IMG/VR virus record: IMGVR_UViG_3300028388_006015
Span: 1-64,000 of that record
Source of the DNA: a virus
DNA length: 64,000 nucleotides
Reading direction: 5' to 3' (one strand)
The first letter of the stretch is position 1; each line of letters starts with the position of its first letter. Of the stretch, positions 17,796 to 26,218 are shown piece by piece. Below the pieces are notes generated by a model. That model had not been told where the DNA came from. It made no database searches and was given only the letters and a program-made list of their open reading frames with translations. The position numbers were made by a program, and so were the translations under genes.

Positions 17796-18360
17796 ATTCG
17801 ACAATTCCTTTTTCTTTGGCATATTCTAATATGTGTTTGCTGTTATATTCACGAAAATTCAATCGTTCCGCATGATCAATGTCATTGGTTCGCACTATTG
17901 TATAGCACTTAGGAGTTTCATACAAAGTTACGGCAGTTGGTATGAGTCCTTTATATTCAAGAAATAACAATTCCATGGCAAGTAAAATCTCCTTTGCTAT
18001 GTTCTCTACAGTTGGATTGCAATATTTCAATCCTGTTCGTGTAAAAGGCTGCTCGTTAGGATCTTGTCTGCCATTTAAACTCATAACCCATGCTTTAGAT
18101 CCGAGCTTTTTGCACATATCCAAGATCTCCTCGTCGTGCGGATTAGCAATAAATCCGTGATCTAGTAAATCGTCGATCCATTGCATACCAACGCGCTTAA
18201 TTTCTTTAAAATCAATCGCATAGCCGATCTCTGCCATTGACGAGAATGAGAAGTGGACGTGACAAATGTATGTATGTCCGTGGATGTTGAAACATTTCAT
18301 CTTTTCATTCATCACTCTATGTCCACTATCAAATGTGGTTATTCTAACAATCTCTTGCAT
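17779..18360 (-). CDS. queD: 6-carboxy-5,6,7,8-tetrahydropterin synthase
   Basis: FDSGHRV, CFNIHGHTY, IDFKEIK, LDHGFI, NPTVENIA, YETP. Confidence 0.93.
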   Translation of the reverse strand: MQEIVRITTFDSGHRVMNEKMKCFNIHGHTYICHVHFSFSSMAEIGYAIDFKEIKRVGMQWIDDLLDHGFIANPHDEEILDMCKKLGSKAWVMSLNGRQDPNEQPFTRTGLKYCNPTVENIAKEILLAMELLFLEYKGLIPTAVTLYETPKCYTIVRTNDIDHAERLNFREYNSKHILEYAKEKGIVEYDDRK

Positions 18361-19376
18361 TATGATGTAATTTTGTTTTCTAGGCTAAAATAGAATTGTC
18401 CCCAGGATGATCTATTGTTAAAACACTTGAAAAACTCGTTACGAGAAATTTCGTCAGGATCTCCCAAAGAAGAGTATGCAATCTCAACTTTTTCAAAACA
18501 AAAAGATAAGTCCATTGTAGATTTTTTTATATCTGCAATTGCCCCCGCATCAAAGAATACAATAAGATGCGCAACTTGCTTCTGCTTTAATAGCTCTATC
18601 TGATGTTGAGATATCTTTTTTCCAAACGTACAGCAGCACGACATGCCTGGTGTTGTGTTTAAACTCAAGTTGTTATCTATCGCCTTTTTGTCAAAAATCC
18701 CTTCACACAATATTACAATATCTCCCTGCTCTACATCGTCCAGTCCAAAAAGCATACTGCTAAAATCGTGACTTGAATTATCGTACCTCAGTATCTTAGG
18801 TAAATCTTTTTGTTTACGAGTCTCATTAATTCGATCAAGCTTTTCTTTACTGTATACGTGACGTGACTGGTATCCTGTTAATACGCCATGTGTATACACT
18901 AAAAAATACACATACTTCTTCATGCTTGGAAGAAGGTTGCATACTCCAACGTTATATGCATCATACTGCCAAGGTTCAAAACCTCTTTGTTCGCAATAAG
19001 GATGCTGATTAACGCGACGAAATCCTAATGGAGGCTTAGCTTGTGGGAGATCTTGTTTTTGCGGATGATCGTTAAAAGACAGTGTATTTTTAGTAAAATT
19101 GAATATATCTGCAGAAGGCTTAATAAAGATGAGATCGCTCTGTCCTATTCGATTAAGCAACTTTTTAACAAAACCATTTTCAGAGCAACGTTTACAGTCG
19201 AAAAAGAACGATGCATTGCGACCTGATCTTTTAAGACGTTTCGTTGTTTTCTTCTGCAGATATAAATGCGACTTCTTGCCACAGAAAGGACAATCACATA
19301 TCCAGTGCGAATTCTTGCCGTTTGGATATGGATTTAACTGAGCAATTGCTTTTTCGATAATATCATTTGAAAGCAT
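18360..19376 (-). CDS. DNA primase (Zn finger + TOPRIM)
   Basis: CPFC...CKRC zinc finger; VILCEGIFD, FFDAGA, GDPDE. Confidence 0.88.
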   Translation of the reverse strand: MLSNDIIEKAIAQLNPYPNGKNSHWICDCPFCGKKSHLYLQKKTTKRLKRSGRNASFFFDCKRCSENGFVKKLLNRIGQSDLIFIKPSADIFNFTKNTLSFNDHPQKQDLPQAKPPLGFRRVNQHPYCEQRGFEPWQYDAYNVGVCNLLPSMKKYVYFLVYTHGVLTGYQSRHVYSKEKLDRINETRKQKDLPKILRYDNSSHDFSSMLFGLDDVEQGDIVILCEGIFDKKAIDNNLSLNTTPGMSCCCTFGKKISQHQIELLKQKQVAHLIVFFDAGAIADIKKSTMDLSFCFEKVEIAYSSLGDPDEISRNEFFKCFNNRSSWGQFYFSLENKITS

Positions 19377-19680
19377 CGACCATCTGAGTTAGTTCTTGAA
19401 GCGCATCAGCCAAAACTTTGTGAGAGTCGTAGTATAAAGCGATAAATGCTGCAAGATCTACACCTCCCTCTTGTTCAAGAGATAGATCAATGGCTTTGAG
19501 CTTAGCAATGTTTCGCAAAGCTCCAGGCAGGGTTGAAAAATGACCTTTCGCTGCTAATTTATGTCCGCTCGGAATACGTTTATGAACACTAAAATTTTCA
19601 CTATCTACACTAAGATAGTAAGGTTCAAGTATCTCGTGTGTAACTTCGACTGTTGTACTACTTCCTTTTTTACGTGCCAT
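19363..19680 (-). CDS. Hypothetical protein
   Basis: 105-aa ORF between helicase and primase. Confidence 0.6.
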   Translation of the reverse strand: MARKKGSSTTVEVTHEILEPYYLSVDSENFSVHKRIPSGHKLAAKGHFSTLPGALRNIAKLKAIDLSLEQEGGVDLAAFIALYYDSHKVLADALQELTQMVDAFK

Positions 19681-19687
19681 GTCTTTA

Positions 19688-21034
19688 TTATTTGTTGTTT
19701 TTCTGTAAGATAAACTTCAATGTTTTTTGACGATCATAAAACTGATCAGTGTCGTAGTTTTGCATTATTCTAAACACCTGACCTGCTTTATAATTACGAT
19801 ATTTGTCAATATATAGACGAGCGGTATTGTTTTCATACTCGTCATTCGTTTGATTATAAGTGATGTGATACGAAAACGGATTAACTATGGCCTTAAATTC
19901 ACTAATATTGTATCGCGTCATTACAAAATTAGGATTATTCAATTGTACAGGAGCAACAGTACTTGCTTGTGTTGCAGTAGCACCTGCTATATTAAATTCT
20001 ACACAAATATCTTTAAATTCATCTCCCAACTGTTCACGACGAGCACGTTCTTCACCAGGTTTCCAATTATAGTTGCCACTAGGAGCGAATTTTTCAAGAT
20101 AATCAAGTATCACAAGATCCACATCTCCATATTTACGCATAACACGATCTATCAAAATACGAACATCAGTCATTGTTGCTTTGCCAAATTCCTCATATGC
20201 CTCTACGTAAATCTCTCCACCGTGTATCTTGATATTGTTAAGGCGCTTTTTCAAATGCTTTTTCGTTTCATCATCAAGAGATTTGTGACGAATCGCGTTC
20301 ATTGTCATTGCTGTCCATGTAGCATCGTATCCCGATTCACACTCCTCTTTAGTTCCTTCTGCCTGAACATGTATTACTTTGAATCCTAATGCAGCAGCAT
20401 TAACACCAAGCCACCTCAAGAATTTAGTTTTACCTTTTCCTGACTGGGCTGTAAATAATAATGTGTCGCTTTTATCTATACCGCCATACAAACTACGATC
20501 CAACTGCTGAATGCCTGTTGGAATCTTTATCTTCGCCTCACCTTTAATTGTTCTTAATACTTCGCGCTCTTTGATCCGCTCTTCAAACTGACCAAATATT
20601 TGCGTATATGTATTAGACTTTAATGAAAAATCATATATGTCTTTTGCCTTACGCAACTTATCAATAGCCTTTTCTCGATCACCATCTTGCCAGAACTGAC
20701 CAATCTCATTGTAAAGCAGCATGAATTTACTTTGCTGAATGAATGAGGAGAATTGTTCAAGTAATACATCTTTGTGTGATGCGGCTTTTGACTTTATTTC
20801 TCCTAATAAAACGAGCACTTTAACTTCATGCTTAAACTGTTCACTAAGTATTCCAATACTAGGAACGTCGTTATTGAGCTTATAATGCGCTCTCATTGCT
20901 TTAAACAAAATCTTCCATTCTACAGAGGGAAGATATTCGAATTTCATATAATCATTAATCAGCTCGAAGAATCTTTTATTGCGAACCATTACGTGAAACA
21001 GCTCGTATAAAAAATCAATTGTTAACTTACTCAT
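19688..21034 (-). CDS. Replicative DnaB/gp41-like helicase
   Basis: IPTGIQQLD..LYGG, AQSGKGKT, VILDY, TATQ, IDKYRN. Confidence 0.92.
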   Translation of the reverse strand: MSKLTIDFLYELFHVMVRNKRFFELINDYMKFEYLPSVEWKILFKAMRAHYKLNNDVPSIGILSEQFKHEVKVLVLLGEIKSKAASHKDVLLEQFSSFIQQSKFMLLYNEIGQFWQDGDREKAIDKLRKAKDIYDFSLKSNTYTQIFGQFEERIKEREVLRTIKGEAKIKIPTGIQQLDRSLYGGIDKSDTLLFTAQSGKGKTKFLRWLGVNAAALGFKVIHVQAEGTKEECESGYDATWTAMTMNAIRHKSLDDETKKHLKKRLNNIKIHGGEIYVEAYEEFGKATMTDVRILIDRVMRKYGDVDLVILDYLEKFAPSGNYNWKPGEERARREQLGDEFKDICVEFNIAGATATQASTVAPVQLNNPNFVMTRYNISEFKAIVNPFSYHITYNQTNDEYENNTARLYIDKYRNYKAGQVFRIMQNYDTDQFYDRQKTLKFILQKNNK

Positions 21035-21047
21035 TGTTTAGGGTTTT

Positions 21048-22733
21048 TTATATCCACGCAACAGAGAATCCTGCCCCTGTGTAATTTAATGCCTGAATAG
21101 CCTTCCAAATACTCAACACCGTATCATCGTGTGCACCTACTCCTTCCAAACCTTTTTCAGTCCATGCTATGCTGGTAAATTCACTAACAACTATATCGGT
21201 CATGTTGATACTATAACTGTCGCCTCGTGGAAAACGCATCTTGTCTTGTTCAAATAGCAAAACCATACCAGGAATTCCTCCTCGAAGATCGTATTTGTTT
21301 TTATTGGTCGTTAATCCAACAACAGGAAGGTTACTTTCTTTTCCACCATCAAGAAGAAATGTTTGCATTTGATTATCTTCAATCCCTATAATATCAGGAC
21401 GAAAATCTCGGTGTACTCTCTTTAATAATCCAAGTTGCTGATTGTATGTTAATCCCTTTTCTCTACCCATAGCTATTAACCAATATGTTCCTTGAGAATC
21501 AATACCCATAACAGTCCATACGAAAAAGTCGGCACCAACATTAGCGCTTCGAGCAATATCCACACCAACTGCTATTTTTCTAAAATTGACTGGAAAATTA
21601 CTACGATTTTTGACAAGTTTATACTTTTCCATACCAACAAACGCCCTCGATACCAACTTATATGGAAATATCGTAGACTCGCTCGTAACTGGTTTTACCA
21701 AAATCTCTCGAGAAAAAATTATTGATCCCTGAGTATCGAGCTTCTCTAATAGTGTATCAACATCATAACGACCTTCCCATAACAATCTACCATCAGGAAA
21801 TATTGCAGGATACTCGAACACTTTCCATCCAGGCTTTTGTTTGAGATCTGCATATAAATCAAGATCAGAAAATGGCGTTCCTACCACAACAACTTGGCCG
21901 CCTGGAACAATGGCGTTCATTATAACACTATGGAAGTAATTGATGTACTTTTCACGCTGATCTTGAGAGTACAAATTACTATCGTTCAGAAAATCATCAG
22001 GCACAACCCAACCTGGGTGAAACCCTCTCATTTTACTGCCGTATGATTTAACAGCTAATCGCGCTCCATTCTTACAAATAATCTCTTCTTTACCCCACCC
22101 ATCTTTACCTGTTGGCTTTAATGCTGCACGTAAAATATCATTATTTTCGATATTCTCCTTTAGTGTCTTCAAATGCTCTTTAGCAAGTGAATATTCGTTA
22201 GTTATAATAATGCCCTTTCCAAACGTCAATTCCTTAGGATATCTCTTGAATCGCGTGTTTTTGTGATATCTGTATAACTTCCATGCTGGATATGCACCTG
22301 CAGAAAAACTGAAGCTTTTCGAGTGGTCACGAGCAGCGATAAAACATACATATTTATGTATTTGCACTAAATTAAACCACTCAATATGATGCCAATTCAT
22401 TTCAAACTCAGGCATCACAGTTGCAACGAAATAGTTGAGATTGAGATATCTCAATGTTTCGTCAACACTTTCTGTTAGGCGATCTAAATAATCGAACGTA
22501 TTAGTCTTGATCTTGCTTGTTCTACTACCATAAAGCACCTCATACGTCTCTTGATATAGCGTTTCCATCATACTGTCGACATCATCACTATTGCCTGAAA
22601 ATAGCTCATTCAGTGCATACTCGTCAAGATTAGTTATGATGACATCAACATAATTGTAAATACTTTCAATTTGACCTAATGTGAGTGCTTCAGAATTATC
22701 ATTAAATGGTAGCCATATTTTACCGTTGGACAT
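21048..22733 (-). CDS. terL: Terminase large subunit
   Basis: MNWHH, AARDHSKS (Walker A), RGFHP..VVPDD (Walker B), VVGTP, DLY, GVDIA...ADF, GAHDDTV. Confidence 0.93.
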   Translation of the reverse strand: MSNGKIWLPFNDNSEALTLGQIESIYNYVDVIITNLDEYALNELFSGNSDDVDSMMETLYQETYEVLYGSRTSKIKTNTFDYLDRLTESVDETLRYLNLNYFVATVMPEFEMNWHHIEWFNLVQIHKYVCFIAARDHSKSFSFSAGAYPAWKLYRYHKNTRFKRYPKELTFGKGIIITNEYSLAKEHLKTLKENIENNDILRAALKPTGKDGWGKEEIICKNGARLAVKSYGSKMRGFHPGWVVPDDFLNDSNLYSQDQREKYINYFHSVIMNAIVPGGQVVVVGTPFSDLDLYADLKQKPGWKVFEYPAIFPDGRLLWEGRYDVDTLLEKLDTQGSIIFSREILVKPVTSESTIFPYKLVSRAFVGMEKYKLVKNRSNFPVNFRKIAVGVDIARSANVGADFFVWTVMGIDSQGTYWLIAMGREKGLTYNQQLGLLKRVHRDFRPDIIGIEDNQMQTFLLDGGKESNLPVVGLTTNKNKYDLRGGIPGMVLLFEQDKMRFPRGDSYSINMTDIVVSEFTSIAWTEKGLEGVGAHDDTVLSIWKAIQALNYTGAGFSVAWI

Positions 22734-23368
22734 TAAAACTCAAATTTAAAACTCTCTCTAAAGGAAGGCGTATCGGCAGATCCAATCTTAATATCTGTAT
22801 CGTTGCGAAGTTGGGCTAAAAAATAGATGAACAGATCTTTAGTTGCACGAGCATCAGCTAATGCTGTATGAGCGTCATAAACAACAAGACCTGCTTTCTC
22901 AAGGCAATTAACCAATTTCACACTTCCAGTATCACCCCATATTTGCAATGCCATATATAGCGTATCTTGCATATATGAAGTGAAGTGATCGTACAGATCT
23001 TCATCGTGCATTGCAAAAAATGCCTGTAAGAAATTGCGTTCAAAAGCGCTATTATGTGCAACGATGATTGGATAACTTATGTCGTACTTACCTACTCGAT
23101 GCTTCTTGGCTAATTGCTTTATGTCTTTAATAACATCAGCAGCATTAGCACCATCACGCTCAAGTTTTTTCACAGTGTGACCTGTCAACTCAATCGCTTC
23201 TGGTAGAATCTCGAGATCTTCGTACGGCTTTATCAAGCTCTCATACTCTTCAATAACCTGTAGAGTATCGCCATCAACTACACAAATTCCTATCTCAGTA
23301 ATTGGATTGGCATACTGATCGCGACCGCCTGTCTCTAAATCGAGAACAAAAAATGTATTAGCTTTCAT
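22733..23368 (-). CDS. DEDDh 3'-5' exonuclease (DNA pol III epsilon-like)
   Basis: VLDLETGG, VAHNSAFE, QDTL, AHTALADARAT. Confidence 0.92.
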   Translation of the reverse strand: MKANTFFVLDLETGGRDQYANPITEIGICVVDGDTLQVIEEYESLIKPYEDLEILPEAIELTGHTVKKLERDGANAADVIKDIKQLAKKHRVGKYDISYPIIVAHNSAFERNFLQAFFAMHDEDLYDHFTSYMQDTLYMALQIWGDTGSVKLVNCLEKAGLVVYDAHTALADARATKDLFIYFLAQLRNDTDIKIGSADTPSFRESFKFEF

Positions 23369-23375
23369 GTGTGAT

Positions 23376-23597
23376 TTATTTATGCAATCTTAAAATTTTA
23401 ATTCCTATCGTATCGTTTGAGATTATTGTTATTGAATTACCTCCATACGTATCAGGTAATCTACCTCTTAAGCTATATTGGTGGATGTCTCTAATATTAA
23501 ATTTCGTACCTGACTTCTTTAATGTGTACTTCTTATTCAAATACGCCACTAAAGCAGTTGGAGTAAAATCACGATTTTCTTGAAGTGTAATCCTCAT
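23376..23597 (-). CDS. Small hypothetical protein (possible DNA-binding)
   Basis: 73 aa, TAATG-coupled. Confidence 0.55.
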   Translation of the reverse strand: MRITLQENRDFTPTALVAYLNKKYTLKKSGTKFNIRDIHQYSLRGRLPDTYGGNSITIISNDTIGIKILRLHK

Positions 23598-24103
23598 TAT
23601 TTAATAATTAATGCACTATCAAAGGCCTCAAGGTGTGTATAAATTTTCTCAAGAGCACCTTGACGTTCTAATTGAGACTCGAACGCAATTATAAGATTAC
23701 TGTATGCATTCTTGATTACCCCTTCAGATTTATTAATCCACAATGCATATATGCGTCTTCCTTGTTGAGTATATTCATACTTCTCTATTGATCTAAAGTG
23801 CTTTGTCAATAGAGTGTGGTCTCCAATAACAATCCATGGAATTTTCTTTTTCTTATTACCTTCCTCGTCTACCTCATCAACTGTATTATTATTCTTATGC
23901 CAATCAATCAACGAATCAAGAACGTCAGTGTCGGATGATTGTTTGTATTGTGTAAGAATTGTATGTAAGTCTGTTCTGCCTATCTTTCTAACAGCATCAA
24001 TGATCTCACTAAAAATAGCTGCATCTGTTTCAGAGATAGGATTGATGCCCCTAATTTCCTCTTGAAAGTATAATCGTGTAGTCTTTTTAAAGTGCTTTTT
24101 CAT
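23597..24103 (-). CDS. Hypothetical protein
   Basis: 168-aa ORF in the operon. Confidence 0.6.
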   Translation of the reverse strand: MKKHFKKTTRLYFQEEIRGINPISETDAAIFSEIIDAVRKIGRTDLHTILTQYKQSSDTDVLDSLIDWHKNNNTVDEVDEEGNKKKKIPWIVIGDHTLLTKHFRSIEKYEYTQQGRRIYALWINKSEGVIKNAYSNLIIAFESQLERQGALEKIYTHLEAFDSALIIK

Positions 24104-24611
24104 AATGTTGATTAATTAAATATATCATACGACGATAAAGCTCAGGATCGTGCTCTTCAATATACTGCAGCCGATATTCTAAATTGTTAAAATATAGTAT
24201 ATGCTGCCAATTCAAGCTCTCCCACCACATATGACACTTTCTACAATCATATACAATATTTTTCTTATCGGTGATAAGGTGTGGTTTTGATATCTCCTTG
24301 CATCTACTACGAGCAATAATGTGAGAGTTGTCTAAATGCTGATTGTAACCACATGCACTACAAACATGTTCACGCTCATAAGCAATTTGTTGAATTACTT
24401 GCTTATATTCGTCATTAATCGCTTTTTGTACGCCCGTTACTCTCTTAACTGCACGTCTTTTTAATGGTTTGGTTGATCTACGTAACGGCTTAGGTTGTTT
24501 TCTTACCAGCCCTTGACCGTCAAGACGTATGCGATTACACTGATCACATAAGTAATGTGTTTTGTTAACAATAAAGCGAGATTCTCCACATTTTCTGCAA
24601 TCGTCAATCAT
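24087..24611 (-). CDS. HNH endonuclease (NinG-like) with N-terminal Zn finger
   Basis: CRKC..CDQC; CSAC...SHII...NIVYDCRKCH. Confidence 0.75.
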   Translation of the reverse strand: MIDDCRKCGESRFIVNKTHYLCDQCNRIRLDGQGLVRKQPKPLRRSTKPLKRRAVKRVTGVQKAINDEYKQVIQQIAYEREHVCSACGYNQHLDNSHIIARSRCKEISKPHLITDKKNIVYDCRKCHMWWESLNWQHILYFNNLEYRLQYIEEHDPELYRRMIYLINQHYEKAL

Positions 24612-25192
24612 TGTGCAATTAATCTTTGTTCGTACACTTCTCTATAATTCTCACTCAATACTTTTTTGCACGTCTTTTTACATACACACAAAAGGCATGG
24701 AATGCTTTTCCTATTGTATAGTGTTGTTGTCAACATGCATTTAGATAAACGCTGCTGATCATTGGTATACGATCTCTTTATATTCTCCTCATACGAATCT
24801 AATTGCGTTGTATCAAACTGTTCGCACAAATCAAAGTATAATGAGTGTTGCTGTTGAAATTCCTGCGTATAAAAAAGCCAAGTATCTTTATTTCGATTAT
24901 TCCATCGACTCAAAGCTTTCTCTCCAAATATCCAGGAAAAAACATTTTTCTTCACACGTTGTCCGATGAGTGCGTCGTAGAATGAAAATTGATAGCATAT
25001 GTAATTAAACAACCAATGCTTGTTTATATTAATTAAACCAATATCATCATCAATCGCCTCAATGAACTTTACTGCTCTCAATCTGTGATAATCTTTAACA
25101 TTAAGTGCGTAATCACTGCGCGTAATTTGACGATACGTATGCTCGAACATGTCGAAAATTTCCTCAAAAACTGTATTCCAATGATCATCCAC
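24608..25192 (-). CDS. Hypothetical protein with C-terminal Cys cluster
   Basis: 194 aa; C...CLLCVCKKTC. Confidence 0.6.
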   Translation of the reverse strand: MDDHWNTVFEEIFDMFEHTYRQITRSDYALNVKDYHRLRAVKFIEAIDDDIGLININKHWLFNYICYQFSFYDALIGQRVKKNVFSWIFGEKALSRWNNRNKDTWLFYTQEFQQQHSLYFDLCEQFDTTQLDSYEENIKRSYTNDQQRLSKCMLTTTLYNRKSIPCLLCVCKKTCKKVLSENYREVYEQRLIAQ

Positions 25193-25238
25193 TTTGTTGA
25201 TGAATTTTATATAGTTCTAAAAAAAAGAAAAAGGGAAA

Positions 25239-25778
25239 CTAGTCCCAAGAAAATGATAAGCTCATTGTTTCGTTTTCAGGGAGAGCTTCTTCAGCCTGAT
25301 ACTTAATATACAGAGCATCACAGTTATTAAAATCGTTTGCAGTTTCACTATTCAGTGTGCGGCGAATCCACAACCCATAATACGACTCAGCATCCATCGA
25401 CCCAATCTCTAAAGCATTATCTTCTCCGTCAACACTAGCAAAAACACCCAAATAGGGTGTTGCATTTTCATTTTGAATACGCTCCATATAAAAGCCACAA
25501 TCATCCTCTGCAAGTGCAACAATTGCAACTTCATAGTGTCCAACATTATCTTCAGGAAGATCAATCCACAGCTTTAAGCCAGTGAGGGGACTCGTAGATT
25601 CATTGTAGAATGCTATCCCCCTCACGACGGTTTTTGGCTCAATTGTATCTATAGACGAAAATAAGTTACCACTAACATTATTAGGTATTTGAGAAGAGCT
25701 AACATAACCTCCCAAAGATTGAACTGGATTTTGTTGCTCTTCGCCTTGTTTAAAGGCGCCTGTATAAAATAACTGCAT
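25239..25778 (-). CDS. Putative virion structural (baseplate/fibre-associated) protein
   Basis: SLGGYVSS, GLWIRR; beta-rich and acidic; last gene of the structural operon. Confidence 0.55.
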   Translation of the reverse strand: MQLFYTGAFKQGEEQQNPVQSLGGYVSSSQIPNNVSGNLFSSIDTIEPKTVVRGIAFYNESTSPLTGLKLWIDLPEDNVGHYEVAIVALAEDDCGFYMERIQNENATPYLGVFASVDGEDNALEIGSMDAESYYGLWIRRTLNSETANDFNNCDALYIKYQAEEALPENETMSLSFSWD

Positions 25779-25784
25779 TGCTAT

Positions 25785-26216
25785 TTATTTATTCGCCAAA
25801 AGTAAAACAAATAATCCAGTTTTTTCACTTCCCGGATCTTGAAAATTGGAAAAAACAATGTCGTCAGTGAACGAATCGCAATTATGCAAACACAATTGAG
25901 ACATTATTCCTATAGTGTTTCCTCCTACAGAAACCTGAAAAGTGAGCGGAATCATTTTTTCATAACTGTCAACTAATGGACGCTCAATATAAAATGCTGA
26001 AAGAAAAGCAAGTTCATTAGAACCTGCAAATGATATTGTTTTGCTAAATGTCGCTATATCAGCGGTCACTAGTTGAATCTCTTCCTGCTGAAGATCATCT
26101 ATAACAAATGATGCCGTAACATCTCCTTCTGCCAAAAATGTACTGCGGACAGGAGATTGAGTTAGTGCAGGATGATATGTCTTTTTTGTATGTGATACAA
26201 CAATTTCAACGTTCAT
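25785..26216 (-). CDS. Hypothetical structural protein
   Basis: 143-aa beta-rich ORF. Confidence 0.5.
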   Translation of the reverse strand: MNVEIVVSHTKKTYHPALTQSPVRSTFLAEGDVTASFVIDDLQQEEIQLVTADIATFSKTISFAGSNELAFLSAFYIERPLVDSYEKMIPLTFQVSVGGNTIGIMSQLCLHNCDSFTDDIVFSNFQDPGSEKTGLFVLLLANK

Positions 26217-26218
26217 AA

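Noticed and set aside
13719-18360. Queuosine tRNA-modification auxiliary genes
   Set aside because: No queC/queF/queA, and the TGT-fold protein is short and lacks the tRNA-TGT zinc site; the context fits DNA modification.
4678-22733. Inteins or introns in RecA, DnaE, DnaB or TerL
   Set aside because: Lengths are ordinary and motifs are contiguous; no intein splice motifs seen.
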